Shown here piece after piece: positions 10,159 to 18,520 of a DNA stretch of 64,000 bases. Origin of the DNA: an uncultured Clostridia bacterium (GTDB lineage Bacteria > Bacillota > Clostridia > TANB77 > CAG-465). The stretch is taken from assembly GCA_944388545.1 (NCBI GenBank), contig CALXJE010000049.1, forward strand, positions 2,142 through 66,141. Reading direction: 5' to 3'. Each line of letters opens with the position of its first letter. Position 1 is the stretch's first letter. The notes under the pieces are model-generated. The model was not told where the DNA came from, did no database searches, and was given only the letters and a program-made list of their open reading frames with translations. The translations under genes were made by a program, and so were the position numbers.

Positions 10159-10521
10159 ATGGGACTCATATACAATAGAGGGGATATAATATTTATTAAC
10201 AACGTTGAGCTATATAATTATGATGGAACTAAATCTTTAGATACTAGGATAAAAGGACATCCATTTATTATATTAAATGATATAGATGATTTAGAAGAGG
10301 ATATTCTATGTTTAAAAGTTTCATCTAGTAAACTTGGCAAGCGGAAAAATACATTCTATATTATAGATAATTTTAAATTGTACGGTGAAAAAACTAAACG
10401 AAGTTTTGTAGATATCAAACACATATATAAAATGAAAATTGATAAAGTGCATCAGTTACAAGGATGCATTTCAAGTCATGAAATGAAAGATTTATCTGAA
10501 TACGTTCAAAAATATTTATAA
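10159..10521 (+). CDS. hypothetical protein (weak PemK/MazF-like N-terminal pattern)
   Basis: 120-aa ORF with AGGAG RBS; RGDIIFIN...GHPFIILND loosely recalls the GDI....RP.vVLS toxin-fold motif; contains an in-frame CGG (10342-10344). Confidence 0.45.
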   Translation: MGLIYNRGDIIFINNVELYNYDGTKSLDTRIKGHPFIILNDIDDLEEDILCLKVSSSKLGKRKNTFYIIDNFKLYGEKTKRSFVDIKHIYKMKIDKVHQLQGCISSHEMKDLSEYVQKYL

Positions 10522-10538
10522 TCTTTATCACAGCCTTG

Positions 10539-10575
10539 CACCTCATATCATAAAATATGATATGAGGTGATTTTT
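10539..10575 (+). terminator. 13-bp perfect hairpin plus T-run; its right arm contains the yabG RBS
   Basis: CACCTCATATCAT-aaaat-ATGATATGAGGTG-ATTTTT, ATG of yabG at 10577. Confidence 0.7.
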
Positions 10576-10576
10576 A

Positions 10577-11461
10577 ATGATAAGGCTAAAAGTTGGAGAT
10601 ATTGTAGCAAGAAAATCTTATGGATATGACGTACTCTTTAGAGTATCTAATATATATGATGATATGGTAGATCTGGTTGGAATGACAGTAAGAATAATAG
10701 CAGATGCTCCTATATATGATTTAAAACTAATGACGCCAGAAGAAATATCGAAAATACAAAAGATTCAAGAAGATCATGCAAGACTTAAATTAAATAGATG
10801 TTATTCTAATTTAAGCAGTAGATTTAATATAAGGGACTATGCAATCAATTATGATAGACAATTCCAAAAAAATGGTAGATTAGATGTATATCAAAAAGAA
10901 AGTATATATAAAAAACCGGGTATAATAATGCATTTAGATGGTGATGGAGAATATGCGGTTAGATGCAAAGAAACATATAAAAAAATGGGACTAGTAGCTC
11001 ATGCATATCATGTGAAGGAAGCAGAGCAACCTAAATATATATATAATTTACTTACTAGAATTAGACCTAATATACTTGTTATGACAGGTCATGATGCTTT
11101 TATAAGAAAAAGAAATGATATATACAATATAGATAATTATAAAACTTCTAAATATTTTATAGAAGCAGTATTAGAAGCAAGAAGATATGAACATAATTTA
11201 GATAACTTAGTTATATTTGCAGGAGCTTGTCAATCATATTATGAAGCAATATTAAGTGCAGGAGCTAATTTTGCTAGTGCTCCCAAAAGAGTACTTATTG
11301 ATATGTTAGACCCAATAATAGTTGCCGAATCGGTAGCGTATACACCGGTAGATAAATTTGTTCCGCTTGCTGGAATAATAGCTAATACTAGAGAAGGTTT
11401 AAAAGGTATAGGAGGTGTTCAAACAAGGGGCCAGTATAGAGAAGGGATGCCAGGACTATAG
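10577..11461 (+). CDS. yabG: sporulation-specific peptidase YabG
   Basis: KVGDIVARKSYGYDVLFRV.., HLDGDGEY..C, PNILVMTGHDAF, typical YabG (U57) features. Confidence 0.85.
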   Translation: MIRLKVGDIVARKSYGYDVLFRVSNIYDDMVDLVGMTVRIIADAPIYDLKLMTPEEISKIQKIQEDHARLKLNRCYSNLSSRFNIRDYAINYDRQFQKNGRLDVYQKESIYKKPGIIMHLDGDGEYAVRCKETYKKMGLVAHAYHVKEAEQPKYIYNLLTRIRPNILVMTGHDAFIRKRNDIYNIDNYKTSKYFIEAVLEARRYEHNLDNLVIFAGACQSYYEAILSAGANFASAPKRVLIDMLDPIIVAESVAYTPVDKFVPLAGIIANTREGLKGIGGVQTRGQYREGMPGL

Positions 11462-11537
11462 GTTTCTGGTTATTCTTTTTGAAGTTTTAATTACATAAAC
11501 AATGATATATAATTTTATATAAAATCAGAGAAAAATG

Positions 11538-11566
11538 TTGAAATTTTTAGAAATATATAATAAAAT
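11538..11566 (+). promoter_or_regulatory. sigmaA-type promoter of an orphan transcript
   Basis: TTGAAA, 17-nt spacer, TAAAAT; no long ORF before the terminator at 11723. Confidence 0.4.
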
Positions 11567-11722
11567 GTAAACATTAAAAATAAAGTTTAATTAGAACAAA
11601 ATAAATTATTTAAGACGATTCTAGGAAGTAGAGATGAGTTTAGCTTTAAAACCCTAAAAAGTTAAATATATAGAAGGGTATTTGTTTAATATGATCTCAA
11701 TTCCAAACGATATATTGAGAGT

Positions 11723-11751
11723 ACTGCCTTTATAAAAGGGCAGTATTTTTT
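11723..11751 (+). terminator. rho-independent terminator
   Basis: ACTGCCTTT-ataa-AAGGGCAGT then ATTTTTT. Confidence 0.65.
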
Positions 11752-11761
11752 AATAAATTTC

Positions 11762-11790
11762 TTGTAAAAACAATATGTTTGGTGTAATAT
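11762..11790 (+). promoter_or_regulatory. candidate promoter of the ABC operon
   Basis: TTGTAA, 17-nt spacer, TAATAT. Confidence 0.35.
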
Positions 11791-11830
11791 ATATTGGAAT
11801 AAAAATACATTGGAAGGGAATTGATTATAT

Positions 11831-12667
11831 ATGTTAGAAGCACAAAATCTTTATAAAAAATTTGCGGAAGTAGTTGCTGTAGATGATGTGAGTTTTAATT
11901 TATCTAAAGGTACAATTTTAGGTCTTCTTGGTAAAAATGGTGCTGGTAAATCTACAATATTTAGAATGATACTAGGTATATTGAATGCAGATGAAGGAAA
12001 AATATTGATAGATGGAAAAGAATACAATATTAATGATAGTAAAAAAATAGGCTTTTTACCAGAAGAAGGAAGTTTGTCACAAGAATTAACAGTATATGAA
12101 CAAGTATGCTTTTATGGTAGTTTAAAAGGAATGACAAATGAAGAAATTTTAGAAAGCTTAAATAAATGGCTTGTTAAATTTGATATAGTAGAGTATATGA
12201 ATAGAAAAATAAAAGAATTAAGTAAAGGAAATAGGCAAAGGATACAATTTATAGTATCAATTTTACATGATCCAGAATTGATAATTTTAGACGAGCCTTT
12301 TTCTGGCTTAGATCCTTTGGGAGTGGAAATGTTTAAGGAAATATTGTTAGAATTAAAAAAAGAGGGGAAAGCAATAATATTTTCTTCTCATAGAATGGAG
12401 CATGTAGAATTATTTTGTGACGATATACTTTTAATAGATAAAGGTAAAACATTATGTTATGGTAATTTAGACAAAATAAAGAAAGAATATCCTAAGCAAA
12501 AAATTATATATAAAATAGGAAAAGAAAAAGTTGAAAAAATAATATTGAAAGATAAATTAGAAGAATATATACAAAATAATGGTATAGACAAGGCAGACAT
12601 AAAAATAGAAAACTTATCTTTAAATGATATATTTATAGACAAGGTTGGTGGACAAAATGGTAAATAA
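11831..12667 (+). CDS. ABC transporter ATP-binding protein
   Basis: Walker A GKNGAGKST, signature LSKGNRQR, Walker B ILDEPFSGLD, H-loop SSHRM. Confidence 0.92.
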   Translation: MLEAQNLYKKFAEVVAVDDVSFNLSKGTILGLLGKNGAGKSTIFRMILGILNADEGKILIDGKEYNINDSKKIGFLPEEGSLSQELTVYEQVCFYGSLKGMTNEEILESLNKWLVKFDIVEYMNRKIKELSKGNRQRIQFIVSILHDPELIILDEPFSGLDPLGVEMFKEILLELKKEGKAIIFSSHRMEHVELFCDDILLIDKGKTLCYGNLDKIKKEYPKQKIIYKIGKEKVEKIILKDKLEEYIQNNGIDKADIKIENLSLNDIFIDKVGGQNGK

Positions 12668-14834
12668 AAATAGTATGAATATTGCAAAATTTAGTTTTAT
12701 AAATTCAATGAAAAGTAAAGGATTTATAATATATAATATAATTTTACTTGTTGTAATATTAATTGCTACAAATTTTACAACAGTAAAAGAAATTTTTAAG
12801 CAAAATGATATGTTTAAAGGAACAATGTATGACGTAAAAGTATTAGACAACGAAAATTATTTATATCCAGCATTAGAAAAGCAGTTAAGCGTTGATAATG
12901 TTAAAAGTGTGGAAAAGATATCAACAAATATAGAATATAATGAAGATAATATTAAAAAAGATGAGATAATTGTAAAAGTATTACAAAAAGAAGATGGAGA
13001 CAAATATCTTGAAATAATATCAAAAAAATCTTTAGATGGAAAAATGTACAATTTAATATCTTCTGCAATGAGAGATGTTAGAAATGATGAAATAGAGAGA
13101 AAATATGGTATATCTGAAGCAGATATTCAAAAATATAATTCAGATGTATACATAGAAAAGAAGATAATAGATACAGATAGTGTAGTAAATGGTGATTATT
13201 ATATTGTAAAAACAATTATGATAATGGTAATATATGGCCTTATTGTATTTGGCACTTCTGCCGTAGCATCTCAAATAGCAAATGAAAAGACTTCTAAAAG
13301 TGCAGAATATATATTTACATCAGTATCTTCAAAGGACTATCTAAATGGGAAAGTCCTAGGAGCTAATTTAAAGACACTAGCTAATATGGCTTTTATGGTG
13401 TTATATTTGCTTTTAGGTATGTTATTAAATACTGTTTTAAATAACATTTTTGAAGTTAATGTTAGTGCAAATGTAAATCCTGAAGTGGCTATGATGTCAG
13501 GAGCAATATTTGGAATTGATGTACAAGTTGTAAAATATGTAGTTCTTTCATTTATATACATATTACTTACTTCTACATTACTTTCATATATACAAGCCGG
13601 AATGACAGCGAAAGTAAAAAGTATAAATGAAATGGATAATTCTCAGTCAATAACATTAACTATGATTATAGTTGCATATGTTGTAGCAATGTTTACGTCA
13701 GAAGTCAATAATATATTTACAAAAATAATATCAAATATACCTGTATTTTCAATGTTTGCAATGCCTTCAAATTATTTAAATGGAGTTGTAAGTATAACTG
13801 AAGTAATTATTTCTATATTAATATTAATAATTGCTATAATAATAACTATGAATATAGTAAGTAAAAAATTTAAACAGGATATACTTGATTTAGGACCACG
13901 TAAAGAAGAAAAGCATGATGAAAAACTAGAAATAATGGAAGAGGAATTAAATAAAGTAAAGAAAAGCAATACAAGAAAATTTGTAACAGGAGTATCAATA
14001 AGTATGTTACTTATTATATTAATACAATCGGTACTTGGACTTGCACTTGCTTTCTTTATGCCAAACGCATCATTAAATCAGAATGTTATAGCGGTTGCAT
14101 TAATATTTGCATTGTCATTTATATTACCAATTTTGACATTAAAAGGATATTTAGATATTTCATATAATAAAGTAAAGAAAAAAGAAAATATTAAAATAGG
14201 CAAGAAGTTATTATGGACTTTAATGGCTTTTCCTATAATGTATTTGATAGGAATAGTAGTTGAACTTTTAATAAGTAAAATGAATATAAATCCAACAATG
14301 ATAGATAGTGCTTTATTCTTCGATAAAAGCATAGTAGGTTATATATTATTTATTATAGAAATTGCAGTACTTCCTGCAATATTAGAAGAAATATTATTTA
14401 GAAAAGTAATGTTAGATGGGGCTAAAAAATATGGAACATTATTTGCAATATTCTTTACATCAATAATGTTTGGGTTTATGCATATGAATATTCCTCAAGC
14501 AGTAAATGCAATATTAATAGGTATATTGTTTTCATATCTTGTTATTAAAACAGGAAGCTTAATTCCAGCTATGTTACTACACTTTATAAATAATGGAACA
14601 CAAGCACTGCTTTTAATAAACGAAAATAATCAGCAAATATCTAATATAATAAATTATTTATATATAGGTATTGCAGTTATTGGTGGAATTGTATTAGTGA
14701 TTAATATAATTAAAAATAGAAAAGTATTTAAGATAGATAATATAACTAAAACAGATATTAATTTAAAAAATATAGTTACAAATTATTATATGATAATATT
14801 CATACTATTCTTTGTAGTTATGAGCATGATTTAA
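12657..14834 (+). CDS. ABC-2 (NatB-like) permease fused to a C-terminal CPBP/Abi intramembrane protease domain
   Basis: ATG 12657 overlaps the ATPase stop by 11 nt. N-terminal TM, large extracytoplasmic loop and 5 TM, then a charged linker, then CPBP motifs EEILFR, FGFMH, HFINN (about 14385-14600). Confidence 0.75.
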   Translation: MVNKNSMNIAKFSFINSMKSKGFIIYNIILLVVILIATNFTTVKEIFKQNDMFKGTMYDVKVLDNENYLYPALEKQLSVDNVKSVEKISTNIEYNEDNIKKDEIIVKVLQKEDGDKYLEIISKKSLDGKMYNLISSAMRDVRNDEIERKYGISEADIQKYNSDVYIEKKIIDTDSVVNGDYYIVKTIMIMVIYGLIVFGTSAVASQIANEKTSKSAEYIFTSVSSKDYLNGKVLGANLKTLANMAFMVLYLLLGMLLNTVLNNIFEVNVSANVNPEVAMMSGAIFGIDVQVVKYVVLSFIYILLTSTLLSYIQAGMTAKVKSINEMDNSQSITLTMIIVAYVVAMFTSEVNNIFTKIISNIPVFSMFAMPSNYLNGVVSITEVIISILILIIAIIITMNIVSKKFKQDILDLGPRKEEKHDEKLEIMEEELNKVKKSNTRKFVTGVSISMLLIILIQSVLGLALAFFMPNASLNQNVIAVALIFALSFILPILTLKGYLDISYNKVKKKENIKIGKKLLWTLMAFPIMYLIGIVVELLISKMNINPTMIDSALFFDKSIVGYILFIIEIAVLPAILEEILFRKVMLDGAKKYGTLFAIFFTSIMFGFMHMNIPQAVNAILIGILFSYLVIKTGSLIPAMLLHFINNGTQALLLINENNQQISNIINYLYIGIAVIGGIVLVINIIKNRKVFKIDNITKTDINLKNIVTNYYMIIFILFFVVMSMI

Positions 14835-14841
14835 ATATAAT

Positions 14842-14869
14842 AAAAAGGGAGCCAAATTGACTCCCTTTG
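14842..14869. terminator. bidirectional terminator between the ABC permease gene and rpsT
   Basis: AAAGGGAG-loop-CTCCCTTT, A/T tracts on both sides. Confidence 0.55.
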
Positions 14870-14876
14870 AAATTTA

Positions 14877-15128
14877 TTATTTTACTTTTTTAGCCATGTT
14901 TGCTATCTTTCTAGATGCAGTATTTCTTTTTAATACACCTTTAGACCATGCTTTATCAACTGCGCTAGATGCAGCGATATATAATTCATTTATATTTTTA
15001 TCACCATTCTCTACAGCTGCTTCAAAAGCTTTAACAGCTTCTCTATATTGTTTCTTTATTTTTTTGTTTTCTTGAGCTTTTGTATCATTTACTTTTACTC
15101 TTTTTTTTGCTGATTTAATGTTAGGCAT
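14877..15128 (-). CDS. rpsT: 30S ribosomal protein S20
   Basis: MPNIKSAKKRVKV...; 83 aa; GGAGG RBS on the minus strand. Confidence 0.95.
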   Translation of the reverse strand: MPNIKSAKKRVKVNDTKAQENKKIKKQYREAVKAFEAAVENGDKNINELYIAASSAVDKAWSKGVLKRNTASRKIANMAKKVK

Positions 15129-15176
15129 TGTGTTTGCACCTCCTTAAGTATCCATAAGTAATTTTTTACAAACGAT

Positions 15177-15205
15177 ATTTTAACATAATTTTTTTTTAAA
15201 ATCAA
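15177..15205 (-). promoter_or_regulatory. rpsT promoter
   Basis: Minus strand TTGATT, 17-nt spacer, TGtTAAAAT. Confidence 0.5.
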
Positions 15206-15263
15206 GTAATATTACATAATTTATTATTATGCAATAAAAAAATATATTTTTATATAAATTTAG

Positions 15264-15291
15264 TTGATTTTTAAATGCAAGATGATATAAT
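15264..15291 (+). promoter_or_regulatory. promoter of tmk-thyA-folA
   Basis: TTGATT, 16-nt spacer, TGaTATAAT. Confidence 0.5.
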
Positions 15292-15354
15292 CTGGTTAAA
15301 AGAAAAAAGGGCAATAAAAAGTTTTTAGCTAGTAACTAATTAGGAGAGTGTTTT

Positions 15355-16071
15355 ATGAAAAAGAGTAAAATCATTGTGATTGAAGGAACAGACGGAAGCG
15401 GAAAAGCAACACAAGTAGCTATGCTTATAGAAAGGTTAAAAAAAGATGGATATAAAGTGTATACAACATCTTTTCCAAAGTACGATAGTAATTCATCTGC
15501 TCTCGTTAAAATGTATTTAAATGGAGAGATTTCAAAAGAAGCAAATGATATAAGCCCAAAGGCAGCTTCTATTTTTTATGCAGCAGACAGATATATTACA
15601 TATAAAAAAGATATAGAAGAAATGTACACCCTAGGAGAAACATTAATGGTTTTTGACAGATATAGTGGTTCTAATATAATTCACCAAGGTGCAAAGCTTA
15701 TTGCAGAAGAAAGTGATGAAAAATTAGCAAAGAAAAAGTTAGCTGATTTTATTAGATGGTTAGATAATATCGAACATGAGGATTTTGCCATTCCAAGACC
15801 TGATTTGGTTATTTATTTAAGAGTCCCTGTAGAATATACAGAAACTCTTAGAGAAAATAGAAAAAATAAAATAACAGGAGGGGAGAAACAGGATATTCAT
15901 GAATCAGACAAAAATCACTTAAGAAAAGCAAGTATTTCTGGGGATATGACGGCGGAAATGCTAGGTTGGTATGTGGTAGAATGTGTAAAAAATGACGCAA
16001 TGAGAACTATAGAGGACATTTCTGATGAAGTATATGAGACTGTAAAAAATAAAATAATAGGAGGAATGTAA
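15355..16071 (+). CDS. tmk: thymidylate (dTMP) kinase family protein
   Basis: IVIEGTDGSGKATQ P-loop, FPKYDS, FDRYSGSN (DRY motif); 238 aa, longer than typical Tmk. Confidence 0.8.
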   Translation: MKKSKIIVIEGTDGSGKATQVAMLIERLKKDGYKVYTTSFPKYDSNSSALVKMYLNGEISKEANDISPKAASIFYAADRYITYKKDIEEMYTLGETLMVFDRYSGSNIIHQGAKLIAEESDEKLAKKKLADFIRWLDNIEHEDFAIPRPDLVIYLRVPVEYTETLRENRKNKITGGEKQDIHESDKNHLRKASISGDMTAEMLGWYVVECVKNDAMRTIEDISDEVYETVKNKIIGGM

Positions 16072-16072
16072 T

Positions 16073-16930
16073 GTGTCTAAATGGGATGATATGTATTTAG
16101 ATCTCTGCGAAAGAATTCTTAAGGAGGGGAAACTTCATCATAATCGTACTGGTGATGATACATTAAGGATACTTGGCCATACATTTGAATTCGATATTGA
16201 TAAAGAGTTCCCCGTTCTTAGTGTAAAAAGCGTTGGGATTAGAGGACCAGTGACAGAGCTTCTTTGGATTTATCAAGCACAAAGTAATAAAGTTTCATGG
16301 CTTAAAGAAAGAGGGATTAACATTTGGAACGAATGGGAAGTTGACCAAGACGGTGTTTATAGACAAGACGGCTCGAATAGAGTTATAGGAAAAGAATTTG
16401 CGGGAACAATAGGAACTGCTTATGGTTGGATTGCTAAAAAATTTGGCTGGCCCCAAAAAAACATTGAAATTATAAAAAATAATCCTGAAAGTAGAAGAAA
16501 TATAATTGACTTATGGCAAGAAGAATATTTTAATACGGCTGTTCTTCCTCCTTGTGTATATGGAAGTCAGTTTATAGTTGATGAAGATATTCTTCATATA
16601 AGAGTAACACAACGATCTTGTGATGTTGGATTGGGCCTTCCGTATAATGTAACTCAATATGCAACTTTTCTTTGTATGATTGCGCAAGTTACTGGATTAA
16701 AACCTGGTAAAATGATTTATCAGATTACAGATGCGCATATTTATTGTAAACATATTTCTGCAATAAAAGAAATGATAGGAAGAAGAAAATATGCGAAATC
16801 AGCGCCTAAGCTTTGGTTGAATCCAGATATAAAGGATTTCTTTCAATTTGATAATTCTAAAGAGTTTAAAGACATAAAACTTATTGGTTATGAACATCTT
16901 GGAAAAGTACCTATGGAAATATCAATATAG
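16073..16930 (+). CDS. thyA: thymidylate synthase (ThyA type)
   Basis: HNRTGDDT, LPPCVYGSQF (catalytic Cys), QRSCDVGLGLPYNVTQYA (Asn retained, so dUMP-specific); GTG start 1 nt after the tmk stop. Confidence 0.88.
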   Translation: MSKWDDMYLDLCERILKEGKLHHNRTGDDTLRILGHTFEFDIDKEFPVLSVKSVGIRGPVTELLWIYQAQSNKVSWLKERGINIWNEWEVDQDGVYRQDGSNRVIGKEFAGTIGTAYGWIAKKFGWPQKNIEIIKNNPESRRNIIDLWQEEYFNTAVLPPCVYGSQFIVDEDILHIRVTQRSCDVGLGLPYNVTQYATFLCMIAQVTGLKPGKMIYQITDAHIYCKHISAIKEMIGRRKYAKSAPKLWLNPDIKDFFQFDNSKEFKDIKLIGYEHLGKVPMEISI

Positions 16931-16942
16931 AGGAGGAATAAT

Positions 16943-17437
16943 ATGATAGGAATGATAGCTGCTATAGGGAAAAATAGAGAACTTGGGAAAGACGGAAAAT
17001 TAATATGGAATTTACCTGAGGATTTAAGCTTTTTTAAACAAATTACTATGGGTAAAATTATAATTATGGGTAAAAAGACTTTTAATTCACTTCCTAAATT
17101 ATTACCTGGAAGAAAGCATGTTATACTTTCCGCTAATAATGGCTTTAATAAAGATGTAAGTACTTCGACAGTTTTTTGTGATAAAGATAGGTTACTTTCT
17201 TATTTAAAAAAAATCGCAAAAGAGGATGATGTATATATTATAGGTGGCGCTAGTATGTATGCTATGTTTATAGACATATGTGATTTTATGTATCTTACAG
17301 AAGTTGATGCAGAAGATAAAAGTGCAGACGTATATTTCCCAGAGTTTAATAAAGATGAGTGGAAGTTAAATGTTCTAGGTAAATTTAGAAATGGTGATAT
17401 TAGTTATACGCATGTAAAATATACCAAAAAAGATTAA
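16943..17437 (+). CDS. folA: dihydrofolate reductase
   Basis: MIAAIGKNRELGKDGKLIWNLPEDLSFFKQIT..IMGKKTF.SLP...IIGGASMY; 164 aa. Confidence 0.9.
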   Translation: MIGMIAAIGKNRELGKDGKLIWNLPEDLSFFKQITMGKIIIMGKKTFNSLPKLLPGRKHVILSANNGFNKDVSTSTVFCDKDRLLSYLKKIAKEDDVYIIGGASMYAMFIDICDFMYLTEVDAEDKSADVYFPEFNKDEWKLNVLGKFRNGDISYTHVKYTKKD

Positions 17438-17448
17438 TAAAATGTATA

Positions 17449-17487
17449 AAAACAGATGCCTCAGAGAAATAAAAGCATCTGTTTTTT
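17449..17487 (+). terminator. rho-independent terminator after folA
   Basis: AACAGATGC-loop-GCATCTGTT then TTTT. Confidence 0.75.
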
Positions 17488-17842
17488 GCTGTATGTATTT
17501 CTGTTTAAAACATACTTCTTTGGTTTAATCTAATCAGATTAGTTTACGCAAAGAGAATCAAAAGAAGAACAATTTAACAAGGGCGGTTAAATATATTTGT
17601 GGGAAAGGAAGAGTCCACAAATGTCCTTCTTGCAATTAAATGTTACATCTAATTCATTACAAAATCAACTACAAATATATTAAATATATGTTACGTAAAT
17701 ATTACAAAACGTCTCTAATAATATAATTGTATATATATGCTTATTTAAGATTTAATTTTTTATTTATCAATTGCTATTTTACAACATAATATGACAACAT
17801 TATTACAAAACTTAAAAGTTTACTAAAATTTAGGGAAAACTA

Positions 17843-17871
17843 TTGATTTTTATGTATACATAGTTTATAAT
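17843..17871 (+). promoter_or_regulatory. S10 operon promoter
   Basis: TTGATT, 17-nt spacer, TATAAT. Confidence 0.6.
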
Positions 17872-18091
17872 ATATTTGTTGATTTGCGTAGAAGTGGGAT
17901 GTGGCTACCCAAAGAGGTAGGGAACTTCCATGGAGCATGTCTGATTTAAAATCGGGCGGCAAGTATATAATTTGTATTTGCCAAATTTAAAAACAACTTT
18001 GAATTTGGCTTTTATTACGAGTTAATTATGAAACACACGGGGTGGTGTAAAACTTGCGAGTCCTTGAAATTATAGTAAAGGAGAGATAAAA
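17872..18091 (+). promoter_or_regulatory. structured 5' leader of the S10 operon with a terminator-like hairpin
   Basis: About 220 nt, locally GC-richer non-coding leader; GCCAAATT(17980-17987)/AATTTGGC(18002-18009) followed by TTTTATT. Confidence 0.45.
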
Positions 18092-18409
18092 ATGGCAAAA
18101 ACAAATGTATCTAAAATGAGAATAAGATTAAAAGCTTATGACCATGTAATATTAGAGCAGACAGCATCTAAGATAGTTGATGTGGCTAGAAATTCTGGAG
18201 CGGTGGTTTCTGGACCTATACCATTACCAACTAAAAAAGAAATAATAACAATATTACGTAGTCCTCATAAACATAAAGATTCTAGAGAACAGTTTGAGAT
18301 GAGAACACATAAAAGAGTTATTGATGTAGTTGCTCCAAATCAAGCAACTGTAGATGCTTTGATGGCAATAGATATGCCAGCTGGTGTTGAAATCGAAGTT
18401 AAACTTTAA
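18092..18409 (+). CDS. rpsJ: 30S ribosomal protein S10
   Basis: [37 protein letters not shown]. Confidence 0.97.
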   Translation: MAKTNVSKMRIRLKAYDHVILEQTASKIVDVARNSGAVVSGPIPLPTKKEIITILRSPHKHKDSREQFEMRTHKRVIDVVAPNQATVDALMAIDMPAGVEIEVKL

Positions 18410-18520
18410 TAATATTTAGTAGTCATCCTGGCTAGTAGTCAGGCAAGTGAGATAACCCTATGCTAAATATGACACACAAAGAGTTAACTAAAAAGTTTAA
18501 ATAAAAAAGGGAGGATTAAA

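Noticed and set aside
16073-16930. Divergent ThyA (LPPCVYGSQF) next to a long Tmk: could this be a phage-type dUMP/dCMP hydroxymethylase plus hm-dNMP kinase for base hypermodification?
   Set aside because: The specificity Asn is retained (LGLPYN, not Asp as in dCMP hydroxymethylase). A dihydrofolate reductase gene follows directly, which is needed only if dihydrofolate is produced by a true thymidylate synthase. No phage genes are nearby.
17597-17620. Inverted repeat TTGTGG...CCACAA resembling a pair of DnaA-box-like sequences in the folA-rpsJ spacer.
   Set aside because: Only 6 of 9 positions match TTATCCACA. It is a single pair with no AT-rich unwinding element context or dnaA/dnaN nearby, so it is more simply a small hairpin.
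8218-17811. Recurring ATTACAAAAC motif (about 8221, 17702 and 17802) as a possible regulator binding site.
   Set aside because: A 9-10-mer made almost only of A and T is expected several times by chance in 64 kb of this composition, and the copies share no consistent spacing to promoters.
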